Positions 28,167-36,603 of a DNA stretch of 64,000 nucleotides are shown one piece after another. Position 1 is the stretch's first letter; the number at the start of each line of letters is the position of its first letter. Source of the DNA: an uncultured beta proteobacterium. Its GTDB lineage: Bacteria; Pseudomonadota; Gammaproteobacteria; Burkholderiales; Casimicrobiaceae. The translations under genes and the position numbers were made by a program. The stretch is taken from contig CAWAFI010000025.1 of assembly GCA_963781285.1 (NCBI GenBank), forward strand, positions 36,296 through 100,295, written 5' to 3'. The notes under the pieces were generated by a model, which saw only the letters and a program-made list of their open reading frames with translations, did not search any database and had not been told where the DNA came from.

Positions 28167-29429
28167 TCATCGCACCATCCCCGCGGCAACGGTGTTGTTC
28201 GTAGTCTCGTCGATCAGGATGAAGCTGCCGGTTGCCCGGTTGTCGGCATAACGATCCGTGAAGACGGGCTGGGCGAGCGTCAACGTAACGCGCCCGATAT
28301 CGTTCCGCGAAAGCGACGCGGGCGCGGGCTCCTGCGCCTGGGTGGCGACGTTCCACAAATGGTCGATCCGATCGATGCGCGCGCGGACCTCGCGCGTCGT
28401 ATGGCGTAGCAGATACTTGCGCTGCGGATCGAGCGCCGTGTCGCCGAGCCAGCAAAGCGTCGCATCGAGAGCTCGAGCGACCGCCGGCGGTTCGTCGGCC
28501 TGCACCAGCATGTCGCCACGCGAAATGTCGAACTCGTCATCGAGGACCAGCGCTACGGCCGCGTGCAGCCCGGCCCGCGGCTCGGAGCCGTCGAACGTGC
28601 GGATCTCCCGCACGCGTGTCGTGAGGCCCGACGGTAGCGCGGTCACGCGATCACCCACCGCGATCGCACCCGACTCGATCCGCCCCATGTAACCGCGCCC
28701 CAGACTCGCGGTAGGACGTGCCACGTACTGTACGGGGAACCGGAACGGGGCGCTGGCAAGGGTTTGCGTCACTTCGACGGTTTCCAGGATCTGCAGCAAC
28801 GTCGGGCCGTCGTACCAGGAGAGGCGATCGCCACGGTCGACAACCATGTCGCCGGCCAGCGCCGACATCGGCACGAAGCGCACGTCGTCGATACCCGAAC
28901 GGCCGGCGAACGCGCGGAAGTCCGCGACAATGGCCTCGAACACCTCCTTGCGCCAGTCGACGAGGTCCATCTTGTTGATGGCGACGACGAGGTGCGGGAT
29001 ACCGACCAGATGGGCAAGAGTCGCGTGTCGTCGCGTCTGCGTGACCACGCCATGGCGCGCATCGACGAGCAGGATCGCAAGTTGCGCTGTCGAGGCCGCC
29101 GTGACCATGTTGCGGGTGTATTGCTCGTGGCCGGGGGCGTCGGCGATGATGAACTTGCGCAGCGCCGTGGCGAAATAGCGGTATGCGACGTCGATCGTGA
29201 TGCCCTGCTCGCGCTCGGCGACGAGGCCATCGGTGAGCAGCGACAGGTCGAGGGCCTGGCCCCGACGCTGCGACGTGCGTTCGATCGCTGCGAGCTGGTC
29301 GGCGAGGATCGCCCGGGTGTCGTAGAGGAGGCGGCCGATCAGCGTGCTCTTGCCGTCGTCCACGCTGCCCGCGGTCAGGAACCGCAGCACGCCGTGGTCG
29401 AGCACCTCCGGCCGTTCGATCGCTGACAT
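28167..29429 (-). CDS. cysN: Sulfate adenylyltransferase subunit 1 (GTPase), without a fused APS-kinase domain
   Basis: GSVDDGKSTLIGRLL, DAPGHEQY, NKMD. It is 420 aa, so no CysC domain. The ATG at 29429 shares one base with the cysD stop. Confidence 0.92.
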   Translation of the reverse strand: MSAIERPEVLDHGVLRFLTAGSVDDGKSTLIGRLLYDTRAILADQLAAIERTSQRRGQALDLSLLTDGLVAEREQGITIDVAYRYFATALRKFIIADAPGHEQYTRNMVTAASTAQLAILLVDARHGVVTQTRRHATLAHLVGIPHLVVAINKMDLVDWRKEVFEAIVADFRAFAGRSGIDDVRFVPMSALAGDMVVDRGDRLSWYDGPTLLQILETVEVTQTLASAPFRFPVQYVARPTASLGRGYMGRIESGAIAVGDRVTALPSGLTTRVREIRTFDGSEPRAGLHAAVALVLDDEFDISRGDMLVQADEPPAVARALDATLCWLGDTALDPQRKYLLRHTTREVRARIDRIDHLWNVATQAQEPAPASLSRNDIGRVTLTLAQPVFTDRYADNRATGSFILIDETTNNTVAAGMVR

Positions 29430-30388
29430 CAGAAGTAGCCCTCGCGCTTGCGCAGCTCCATCGACGCGTCGTGAGTCTGGTCGTCGAGGCGGGTCGCGCC
29501 GCGTTCGGTGATCGTGGTGGCCGCCGTCTCGGCGATGATCGCGGCAATCGTCATAGCGTCCGAGGCGACCGGCGCCGTGCATGTGATGTCGCCGACCGTG
29601 CGGAAGCGCACTGAAACCCGTTCGACGATTTCGCCGTCGCGCGGCGGCGTCAGTTCCGTCACCGGGACGAGCGCCGTGCCGCGGCGGATCACCTGGCGCG
29701 TGTGCGCGAGGTAGATCGACGGGACCTCCAGCCGTTCGCGCTCGATGTACTGCCACACATCGAGTTCGGTCCAGTTGCTGATCGGAAACACGCGCACATT
29801 CTCGCCCGGATGCGTGCGCGCGTTGTAGAGATTCCACAGCTCGGGCCGCTGGTTCTTCGGGTCCCATTGGCCGAACGCGTCGCGGAACGAGAAGATCCGC
29901 TCCTTGGCACGCGATTTTTCCTCGTCGCGGCGCGCCCCGCCGATGCAGGCGTCGAAGCCGAACTCGGCGATCGCATCGAGCAGGGTCACCGACTGGTGCG
30001 GGTTGCGGCTCTCGTGGCGATGCTTCAACACCACGCGCCCCGACGCGATGGAGTCCTCGACCGAGCGCACGATCAGCCGTTCGCCAAGTTCGGCCGCGCG
30101 ATGGTCGCGAAATGCGATGACTTCGGGAAAATTGTGGCCGGTATCGATGTGCAGAAGCGGGAACGGGAAGCCACCCGGACGGAACGCCTTTTCGGCGAGC
30201 CGTAGCAGCACCAGCGAATCCTTGCCGCCCGAGAAGAGGAGGGCGGGATTGCGGCACTGGCCCGCGACCTCGCGCAGGATATGGATCGCTTCGGACTCCA
30301 GCCAGCCGAGGTGGTCGGCATCGGCTGGGGCCACCGCATCGGTTGCGATTGCCACGCGGGTCCGGCCGACGATGACGGTCGCCGTCAT
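29429..30388 (-). CDS. cysD: Sulfate adenylyltransferase subunit 2
   Basis: LLFSGGKDSLVLLRLA...LLHIDTGHNFPE...RVFPISNWTELDVWQYI. The ATG at 30388 overlaps the upstream stop (ATGA). Confidence 0.92.
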   Translation of the reverse strand: MTATVIVGRTRVAIATDAVAPADADHLGWLESEAIHILREVAGQCRNPALLFSGGKDSLVLLRLAEKAFRPGGFPFPLLHIDTGHNFPEVIAFRDHRAAELGERLIVRSVEDSIASGRVVLKHRHESRNPHQSVTLLDAIAEFGFDACIGGARRDEEKSRAKERIFSFRDAFGQWDPKNQRPELWNLYNARTHPGENVRVFPISNWTELDVWQYIERERLEVPSIYLAHTRQVIRRGTALVPVTELTPPRDGEIVERVSVRFRTVGDITCTAPVASDAMTIAAIIAETAATTITERGATRLDDQTHDASMELRKREGYF

Positions 30389-31635
30389 GAGGTCACGGTC
30401 TCCGGGGGCCGCGACACGACGTGTGCCACCGCAATCGTCGAGTGGGGATGAAGCCCGCATTCCTTGTGCTCCGCCCGTTCCCACCACCAGCGGCCGGCGC
30501 GGACGTCCTCGCCCGGTTGCACTGCACGGGTGCATGGCGCGCAGCCGATCGACGGATAGCCGCGATCGTGCAACGCGTTGTACGGAACGTCGTGCGCGCG
30601 GAGGTAGTTCCAGACGTCGTCGTGGCTCCAGTCCGCGAGCGGGTTGAATTTCGGCAGCCCGTGCGCCGCGTCGAATTCCTCGACCGCGATCGCCTCCCGC
30701 GTCACCGACTGCGACCTGCGCAGCCCGGTGATCCAGGCGCCTTTGGCGACGAGTGCGCGCTGCAACGGCTCGGTCTTGCGGACTGCGCAGCAACCCTTGC
30801 GCAATTCGACGCTGTCGTAGAACGCGTTGACGCCGTGCTCGCGGATGAAGGTCTGCAAGAGCCGCGTGTCCGGCGTGTAGACGTCGACTGGAAGTCCGTA
30901 GTGCTTGCGGGTGCGATCGATCAGCACGTGGGTTTCGTCGGGCAGCCGCCCCGTGTCGAGCGTGAAGATCCGGATGGGCAGCGCATGCTTCGCGATCAGG
31001 TCGATCACGACCATGTCCTCGGCGCCGAAGCTCGACGCAAAGACCGCCGGCGCATGGCGTGCAGCAATCGCGCGCAGCAGTCCGACGGCCTCTGCGACCC
31101 GGCGGTCGAGCGCGCTGCCAGCCGACGCGGTGCTTGCCGGTTCGGCGCGGCGCCGGAACCACGGCTGTGGCGTGCGCGAGGTCGCGGCATAGACGCCCGA
31201 AAAGTCGTCGAGTCCGTCGAGCGCTTCGTTTGCGTCGCGATCGGCGCGGATCGCGAACGCGTTGAAGCCGCATTGGGCGAGCGCGAACAACTGGTCGCGC
31301 AACACATCGCCGATCGCGCGCAGCTCGCCCTTGAAGCCGTGACGGTCACGCAGCAGTCGCGCGATCGAGTAACCGCGGCCGTCGGTGAACTGCGGGAAAT
31401 CCACGGCCACGAGCGGCAGCGTCGGGAGATCAGCGGCGAGCTCCGCCGGGTCGTCCGCCGGAGCGAGCCAGACACCGGCCTCACCGCGGGCGAGGAGGGC
31501 GGCACGCTCGGCACGCCACAGCGGCAGCGAAACGATGACCGGCGCGCCGGCGGGCACGTCGGCGAGCGTGGCTACGTCGCGCAGCAGCGTCCAGCGATCG
31601 GCGACAACCGCACGGTCCCTAATGAGTTGCGGCAT
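30385..31635 (-). CDS. cysH: In-frame fusion of a DUF934 domain (N-terminal) with APS/PAPS reductase CysH (C-terminal)
   Basis: MPQLIRDRAVV...VDFPQFTDGRGYSIARLLR...GDVLRDQLFALAQCGFNAF is DUF934. A roughly 25-aa linker follows, then SSFGAEDMVVIDL...GCCAVRKTEPL...GCAPCT...KECGLH is CysH. There is no stop codon between the two parts. Confidence 0.8.
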   Translation of the reverse strand: MPQLIRDRAVVADRWTLLRDVATLADVPAGAPVIVSLPLWRAERAALLARGEAGVWLAPADDPAELAADLPTLPLVAVDFPQFTDGRGYSIARLLRDRHGFKGELRAIGDVLRDQLFALAQCGFNAFAIRADRDANEALDGLDDFSGVYAATSRTPQPWFRRRAEPASTASAGSALDRRVAEAVGLLRAIAARHAPAVFASSFGAEDMVVIDLIAKHALPIRIFTLDTGRLPDETHVLIDRTRKHYGLPVDVYTPDTRLLQTFIREHGVNAFYDSVELRKGCCAVRKTEPLQRALVAKGAWITGLRRSQSVTREAIAVEEFDAAHGLPKFNPLADWSHDDVWNYLRAHDVPYNALHDRGYPSIGCAPCTRAVQPGEDVRAGRWWWERAEHKECGLHPHSTIAVAHVVSRPPETVTS

Positions 31636-33277
31636 AGACGCGTTCCTTGAAGGGTTCGAGACCGATCCGACGCACGGTATCGATGAAGCGTTCGTCCTGT
31701 TCCCGTCGTTCGACGTAGACATCGACGAGCCGCACGATCACGTCGGGCACTTCGGCCGCTGCGAACGACGGCCCGATGACCTTGCCGAGCGACGCATCGT
31801 TGCCCTGCGCGCCGCCGAGCGAAACCTGGTACCACTCGTCGCCGTTCTTGTCGACGCCGAGAATGCCGATGTGACCGACATGGTGATGGCCGCACGCGTT
31901 CATGCAGCCGGACATGTTGAGCTCGAGGTCGCCCAGGTCGTACAGGTAATCGAGATCGTCGAACCGACGCTGGATCGCCTCCGCGATCGGGATCGATTTC
32001 GCGTTGGCCAGCGAACAGAAATCGCCGCCGGGACAGCAGACGATGTCGGTCAGCAGGCCGATGTTCGGTGTTGCGAGCCCGAGCGCCTTCAGCTTCGTCC
32101 ACAGCGCGTGGAGGTCGGACTGGAGCACGTCGGAGAAGACCAGGTTCTGCTCGTGCGTGACCCGGATTTCGCCGAAGCTGTAGCGATCGGCCAGCGTGGC
32201 GATCGCGTCCATCTCGCTCGCCGTCACGTCGCCGGGAGGCGTACCGGTGCGCTTGAGCGACAGCGTGACAATCGCGTAGCCGCGACGCTTGTGCGCGCGG
32301 ACATTGCGGTCCGCCCAGCGGGAAAACGGGCGGCTGTCGGCGCGCGCGGCCCGGTAGGCCACGTTATCGCGCGCGAACTCGCGGTAGGGCGGATCGGCAA
32401 AATGCCCGGCGAGCCGCGTGATTTCCTCGCGTGGCACGGTGCCGGGCCCGCCGCGCAGGCGCTCCCATTCGGCTTCGACCTGGCGCGTGAATTCGGCCGG
32501 CGTCAACTCCTTGACGAGGATCTTGATCCGCGCCTTGTACTTGTTGTCGCGGCGGCCGTAGCGGTTGTAGACGCGCAGGATGGCGTCGAAGTAGTTGAGG
32601 AGCTCGGGCGCGGGGAGGAAGGCGCGGATCACGTGGCCGATCATCGGCGTGCGTCCCTGACCGCCGCCGACAACCACCCGGAAACCGGATTTGCCGGCTT
32701 CGTTCCGCACCGCCTGGGCACCGATGTCGTGGACCAGGATCGCGGCGCGATCCGTCGTCGCCCCGGTCACGGCGATCTTGAACTTGCGCGGCAGGAACGC
32801 GAATTCCGGGTGCAGCGTCGACCACTGCCGAATCAGCTCGGACCACGGGCGCGGGTCGATGATTTCATCGGCCGCGACCCCGGCCAATGGGTCGCAGGTG
32901 ATATTGCGCACGCAGTTGCCGGACGTCTGGATTGCGTGCATGCCGACCTGCGCGAGTTCGGCCAGGATCTCCGGTGTGTCCTCGAGCCGCGGCCAGTTGA
33001 GCTGGAGGTTCTGGCGGGTCGTGAAGTGCCCGTAACCTCGGTCATACTTGCGGGCGATGTGCGCAAGCGTGCGGAGCTGGGTCGTAGAGATGAGGCCGTA
33101 GGGTATTGCGATGCGCAGCATCGGCGCGTACTTCTGCATGTACAAGCCGTTTTGCAGGCGCAGCGGCCGGAATTCGTCCTCGGACAGCTCCCCCGCGAGA
33201 AAGCGCCGCGTCTGGTCGCGGAATTGCACCACGCGCTGGGCGACCACGTTACTGTCAAAATCGTCGTACCTGTACAT
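31619..33277 (-). CDS. cysI: Sulfite reductase hemoprotein (nitrite/sulfite reductase 4Fe-4S/siroheme family)
   Basis: Duplicated NIR_SIR ferredoxin-like halves and the siroheme/Fe-S Cys cluster (TSGNCVRN...; CPGGDFC...SGCMNACG). Confidence 0.9.
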   Translation of the reverse strand: MYRYDDFDSNVVAQRVVQFRDQTRRFLAGELSEDEFRPLRLQNGLYMQKYAPMLRIAIPYGLISTTQLRTLAHIARKYDRGYGHFTTRQNLQLNWPRLEDTPEILAELAQVGMHAIQTSGNCVRNITCDPLAGVAADEIIDPRPWSELIRQWSTLHPEFAFLPRKFKIAVTGATTDRAAILVHDIGAQAVRNEAGKSGFRVVVGGGQGRTPMIGHVIRAFLPAPELLNYFDAILRVYNRYGRRDNKYKARIKILVKELTPAEFTRQVEAEWERLRGGPGTVPREEITRLAGHFADPPYREFARDNVAYRAARADSRPFSRWADRNVRAHKRRGYAIVTLSLKRTGTPPGDVTASEMDAIATLADRYSFGEIRVTHEQNLVFSDVLQSDLHALWTKLKALGLATPNIGLLTDIVCCPGGDFCSLANAKSIPIAEAIQRRFDDLDYLYDLGDLELNMSGCMNACGHHHVGHIGILGVDKNGDEWYQVSLGGAQGNDASLGKVIGPSFAAAEVPDVIVRLVDVYVERREQDERFIDTVRRIGLEPFKERVYAATH

Positions 33278-33318
33278 GCGTCGGCATCTCGCTTATGCTC
33301 AAAGCGCGAGACTACTGA

Positions 33319-33335
33319 CCAATTTCTATAATTGG
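33319..33335. promoter_or_regulatory. AT-rich dyad CCAATT-N5-AATTGG in the cysI/cbiX divergent control region
   Basis: Perfect 6-bp arms overlapping a TTCT-N10-AGAA dyad, in the only AT-rich stretch between cysI (start 33277) and cbiX (start 33421). A candidate LysR/CysB-type site (inference). Confidence 0.3.
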
Positions 33336-33420
33336 AAAGAATATCCAGTCATTATCTAGGTTCGGGCGGCTATATCCGGACCGTCAGGGAACGCGCTAAG
33401 CCCATGATCAGACCGCTCCC

Positions 33421-33801
33421 TTGAAGCGCGGCATCATCCTGATCGCTCATGGCGCCCGCGACCCGCGCTGGGCGGAACCGTTCGAGCGTTTGGCCGCTCG
33501 CGTCGGCGCACGGGCGCCGGGCACGGAAGTGCGTCTGGCGTTCCTCGAACTGATGGCGCCGGACCTGGTTTCAGCCGCGGCCGAGCTTGCTGCGGGAGGT
33601 GTCGGGGCGATCCGAATCGTGCCGCTGTTCTTCGGGCAGGGCGGGCATGTGCGCAACGATTTGCCGGTGCTGGTGGATCGCCTGCGGCAACGTCACCCCG
33701 AGGTCGCATTCAGTTGCGCCGTCGCGATCGGCGAAGACGACACGGTGCTGGATGCCTTGGCCGAGTTCTGCGTACGCCAACTCGACCGGCCCGAGACTTG
33801 A
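33421..33801 (+). CDS. cbiX: Sirohydrochlorin chelatase, CbiX (small) type
   Basis: GIILIAHGARDPRW...IVPLFFGQGGHVRNDLP. 126 aa with a TTG start, divergent from the siroheme-dependent cysI. Confidence 0.8.
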   Translation: MKRGIILIAHGARDPRWAEPFERLAARVGARAPGTEVRLAFLELMAPDLVSAAAELAAGGVGAIRIVPLFFGQGGHVRNDLPVLVDRLRQRHPEVAFSCAVAIGEDDTVLDALAEFCVRQLDRPET

Positions 33802-33802
33802 G

Positions 33803-33844
33803 AAGGGGCCACGCGGCGGTTGCGGCGCACCGCGCTGGCCCCTT
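33803..33844. terminator. Strong GC hairpin between convergent cbiX and the ACL-like large subunit (possible bidirectional terminator)
   Basis: AAGGGGCCA (33803-33811) pairs with TGGCCCCTT (33836-33844), plus about 5 further inner pairs (CGCG/CGCG arms plus one G-C pair). The U-tract is weak. Confidence 0.45.
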
Positions 33845-36550
33845 TCAGCACACGTACTGGCACTGCGAAGCCGGGGTGCGCGTGTCCATGTTGCGGCCGC
33901 GGTTCATGTGGTCGTCGATCTCGGCCGCGCAGCCGAGCATGCGCGGGTAGAGGAAGATCGTGAACGCGGCGGTTTCCAGCGCCTCGCTGGTGAAGGCACC
34001 GCTGCGATACGGCCGCCACAGCATCTTGAGCAGCAGCGCGGCGATTACCGCGTCTATGTTCACGCAGTAGACGGTACGCGAGATACCGGTGTCGAACAGC
34101 GCCTGCACCAGCGCAAGGTAGAAGGCGTGAAAGACATTGTATTCATTGCGCTTCTGGAACACTTCGCGCACGTAAACCTCGCGCGGATCGAAATTCACCG
34201 GCTTGTCCTTGAACACCGGATGGTTGACACCTGGAATCTTCTGGATGTCGACGCTGCCGACGAGTTTCCGGTCCGATTTGTAGCGGGCGTAGCGCTCGCA
34301 GTAACGCAACGCCAGCGCCTTCAGATCGATGCCGTGCGCCGGATCGGCCGGATCCGCGAGCCCGCTCTCGCGGAACTGGTCGATGAGAAATGCGATGCCC
34401 TCGTAACCGTTGCCACCGTGCGTGTAGCCCGAATGGGTGAGGAAGCCGGTGAGCGCCTTGTTGAGCTGGACGCGTTCCGGGCTTTCGGGGCCGTCGGCGG
34501 ACACGGCGCCTTTGGCCCCCTGCGCGGATATGGCCCCCGGTCCGTTGGTCAGCAGCAGGCCGACGAGCGACTGGAACGCGAAGAGGTTCGCAGGCTCCGG
34601 CTCGTCCCCGAAGAGCGCGACGTAGGCGACCTCGGTCAGCGAGCGCTGGCCGAGGATTTGCTTGGTCGGCAGACCGCAAAAGCGATCCTTTTCGTGCCGC
34701 GCGGCCGCCACCGACGCGCCGATCAGCGTGCCGAAGAGAAGCATCCACCAGGGCCCGCTCTCCGCCGTCAGCCGCGAGATGCGTTTGCGCATCAGGGGGC
34801 CCCAGGCGAGCGTGGTCGCGATCGCCGCCTGCACCGCGTCGGCCGTCGGATGACCGTCGAGGCTCGCAAGATAACGAACGAACACCGATTTCGCGCCGCG
34901 CGCCCGCAGCGCATCGAGCATTGCCTCGGCCGCAGGGTCGCGGGCGCTGCCGACGAAGAGGGCGCGCGCCGTGGCGTCGGTTGCAATCGAACGCACGTCG
35001 AACGATTCGTCGAGCGCGCTCGCAAGGCCCGCTGCGGCAAAGCGGTCGATCAGCGTCCGCGCAGCAAGCCGGGCGTGCTCCGCGCGCCGTGGTCCGACGA
35101 TACTCGCCGCGGCGGCAAGCACGCTGTTCGGAGCATTCCCCGCGGCGCGCGCCGCCTCGGCCGCCGCAAGCGCCGGATCGCCGTGGAGGTTGAGGGCGGC
35201 GCCGATCGCGACGTTGATCAATTTGCGGTCGTTCTCGCCGCCCAGCTCATGGAAGAGCGCGAGATTGACGTTGGCCTCCAGCGGTTGCTGCGCCGCCTCG
35301 AGCATCGACACGCCATACAGGCTCGACACCTGGGTCTTCGCGTCCATCTGTGAGGCGCCGGAGGCGTCCTTCATCGGCTGGCGCGGGAACTGGGCGCCGA
35401 TCTGGCGCGCGAGCTGCGCGATCTGTTCGTTGTACGGCGCCAAGGCTTCGACCACGGGCACATCGATCTCGGGTGGTACCGCGAACCCCATGTTGGCGCC
35501 GAACCACGGCTTGAGTTCCATCGTGCCCTCGGGCGCGAAGTCGGGCCGGCTCGCGTTCTCGCGCATGACGGCCGTCAGCGCAAGTGGGATGTGCGCGATG
35601 TTGGTGACGACCGCGCCCTTGGCCGAGAAGATCGGCCGCTCCGGCGTGAAGAGGCCATCGACACCAAACTTCTCCATGAACCAGCGCTCCTTCGCCTGGG
35701 CGTCGTCGTTGCCGCCCGCCATCGCACCGGCGTGGCCGACAGCACGGGTCAACTTGGACTTCCAGCGGCCGACCACGCAGGCAACGACCGGCTTGGTGAA
35801 GTGGGCGTCGAGCTCGTAATAGCCGCCGGGCTCCGCGTAGAGGACCGCCGCCTTGCTGCGCGCATCGTTCGCCAGCGCGAAGGCAAACTCGGGTGCGGCG
35901 TAGTGGATGTAGACGTCCTTGCCGCTGGAGATCAGTGTCGTCGTCCCCCATCCGGCCATGCGCAGGTAGGTCGCGATGGTCGTCGTGAAGTTGCCGGAGT
36001 TGGAGAAGATTGCAATCGAGCCCTTCTTCAGCGCCTCGGCCGGTGCGTCGCCGCCGAGCGCACCGCCGATGCGGACCTGGTTCCAGGCATCCGCGACGCC
36101 CAGGCAGTTCGCGCCGAAGATGTCGATGCCGTTGGCCTGGCCCATCGCGCGGATCTCGCGCGCGTCGTGCACGGCAATCTTTTCGGTGACGATGAAGATC
36201 TTGCGCAGGTCGGAGTTGAGGCGGATCAGTTCGGCGACGCCGTCGCGCGCGCCGGAGGGGGGCAGGTAGACCACGCCGCAGTTGAAGCGGTGGCCATTTG
36301 CGAGGCCTTCGCGCACGTTGTTGAAAACGGGGATGTCGCCGATCGTGGTCTCGAGGACCTGCCCCCGGCGGCCGGGTGACGTTCCGAACACGACGTTGCC
36401 GCCGGAGTACGCGTGTCCGGTCGGCGTGACTTCGCTCGATTCACCGCCCAGGATGTTGAGCACACACACGCGGTCCTCGCGCGTCGCGATCTGCGACAGC
36501 GAGCTCACGCCCACGTAATACTTGAATTCGCCTACGCCTTGCTTGTGCAT
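33845..36550 (-). CDS. ATP-citrate lyase-like large subunit: succinyl-CoA-synthetase-alpha-like CoA-ligase domain, about 260-aa Ala-rich insert, and citrate-synthase-like (citryl-CoA lyase) domain
   Basis: CoA-binding N-terminus, phosphohistidine loop AVGHAGAMAGG (His at about residue 273), and a C-terminal citrate-synthase-type segment (HSGYTHGGNG...IPGVNHPVFKD...AAEIDDH). 901 aa. Confidence 0.75.
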   Translation of the reverse strand: MHKQGVGEFKYYVGVSSLSQIATREDRVCVLNILGGESSEVTPTGHAYSGGNVVFGTSPGRRGQVLETTIGDIPVFNNVREGLANGHRFNCGVVYLPPSGARDGVAELIRLNSDLRKIFIVTEKIAVHDAREIRAMGQANGIDIFGANCLGVADAWNQVRIGGALGGDAPAEALKKGSIAIFSNSGNFTTTIATYLRMAGWGTTTLISSGKDVYIHYAAPEFAFALANDARSKAAVLYAEPGGYYELDAHFTKPVVACVVGRWKSKLTRAVGHAGAMAGGNDDAQAKERWFMEKFGVDGLFTPERPIFSAKGAVVTNIAHIPLALTAVMRENASRPDFAPEGTMELKPWFGANMGFAVPPEIDVPVVEALAPYNEQIAQLARQIGAQFPRQPMKDASGASQMDAKTQVSSLYGVSMLEAAQQPLEANVNLALFHELGGENDRKLINVAIGAALNLHGDPALAAAEAARAAGNAPNSVLAAAASIVGPRRAEHARLAARTLIDRFAAAGLASALDESFDVRSIATDATARALFVGSARDPAAEAMLDALRARGAKSVFVRYLASLDGHPTADAVQAAIATTLAWGPLMRKRISRLTAESGPWWMLLFGTLIGASVAAARHEKDRFCGLPTKQILGQRSLTEVAYVALFGDEPEPANLFAFQSLVGLLLTNGPGAISAQGAKGAVSADGPESPERVQLNKALTGFLTHSGYTHGGNGYEGIAFLIDQFRESGLADPADPAHGIDLKALALRYCERYARYKSDRKLVGSVDIQKIPGVNHPVFKDKPVNFDPREVYVREVFQKRNEYNVFHAFYLALVQALFDTGISRTVYCVNIDAVIAALLLKMLWRPYRSGAFTSEALETAAFTIFLYPRMLGCAAEIDDHMNRGRNMDTRTPASQCQYVC

Positions 36551-36603
36551 CCTGGCCCTCGCTTCTTTCCAAGTAGGTGCGGTAACGGGCGACCCGTTGC
36601 CCG

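Noticed and set aside
36551-36603. A hairpin GGTAACGGGC...GCCCGTTACG between the two ACL-like genes, as an internal terminator.
   Set aside because: It matches 9 of 10 bp and has no U-tract. The downstream gene has its own GAGGG ribosome-binding site only a few nt away. It is more likely an mRNA structural element within an operon, and there is not enough evidence for a separate feature.
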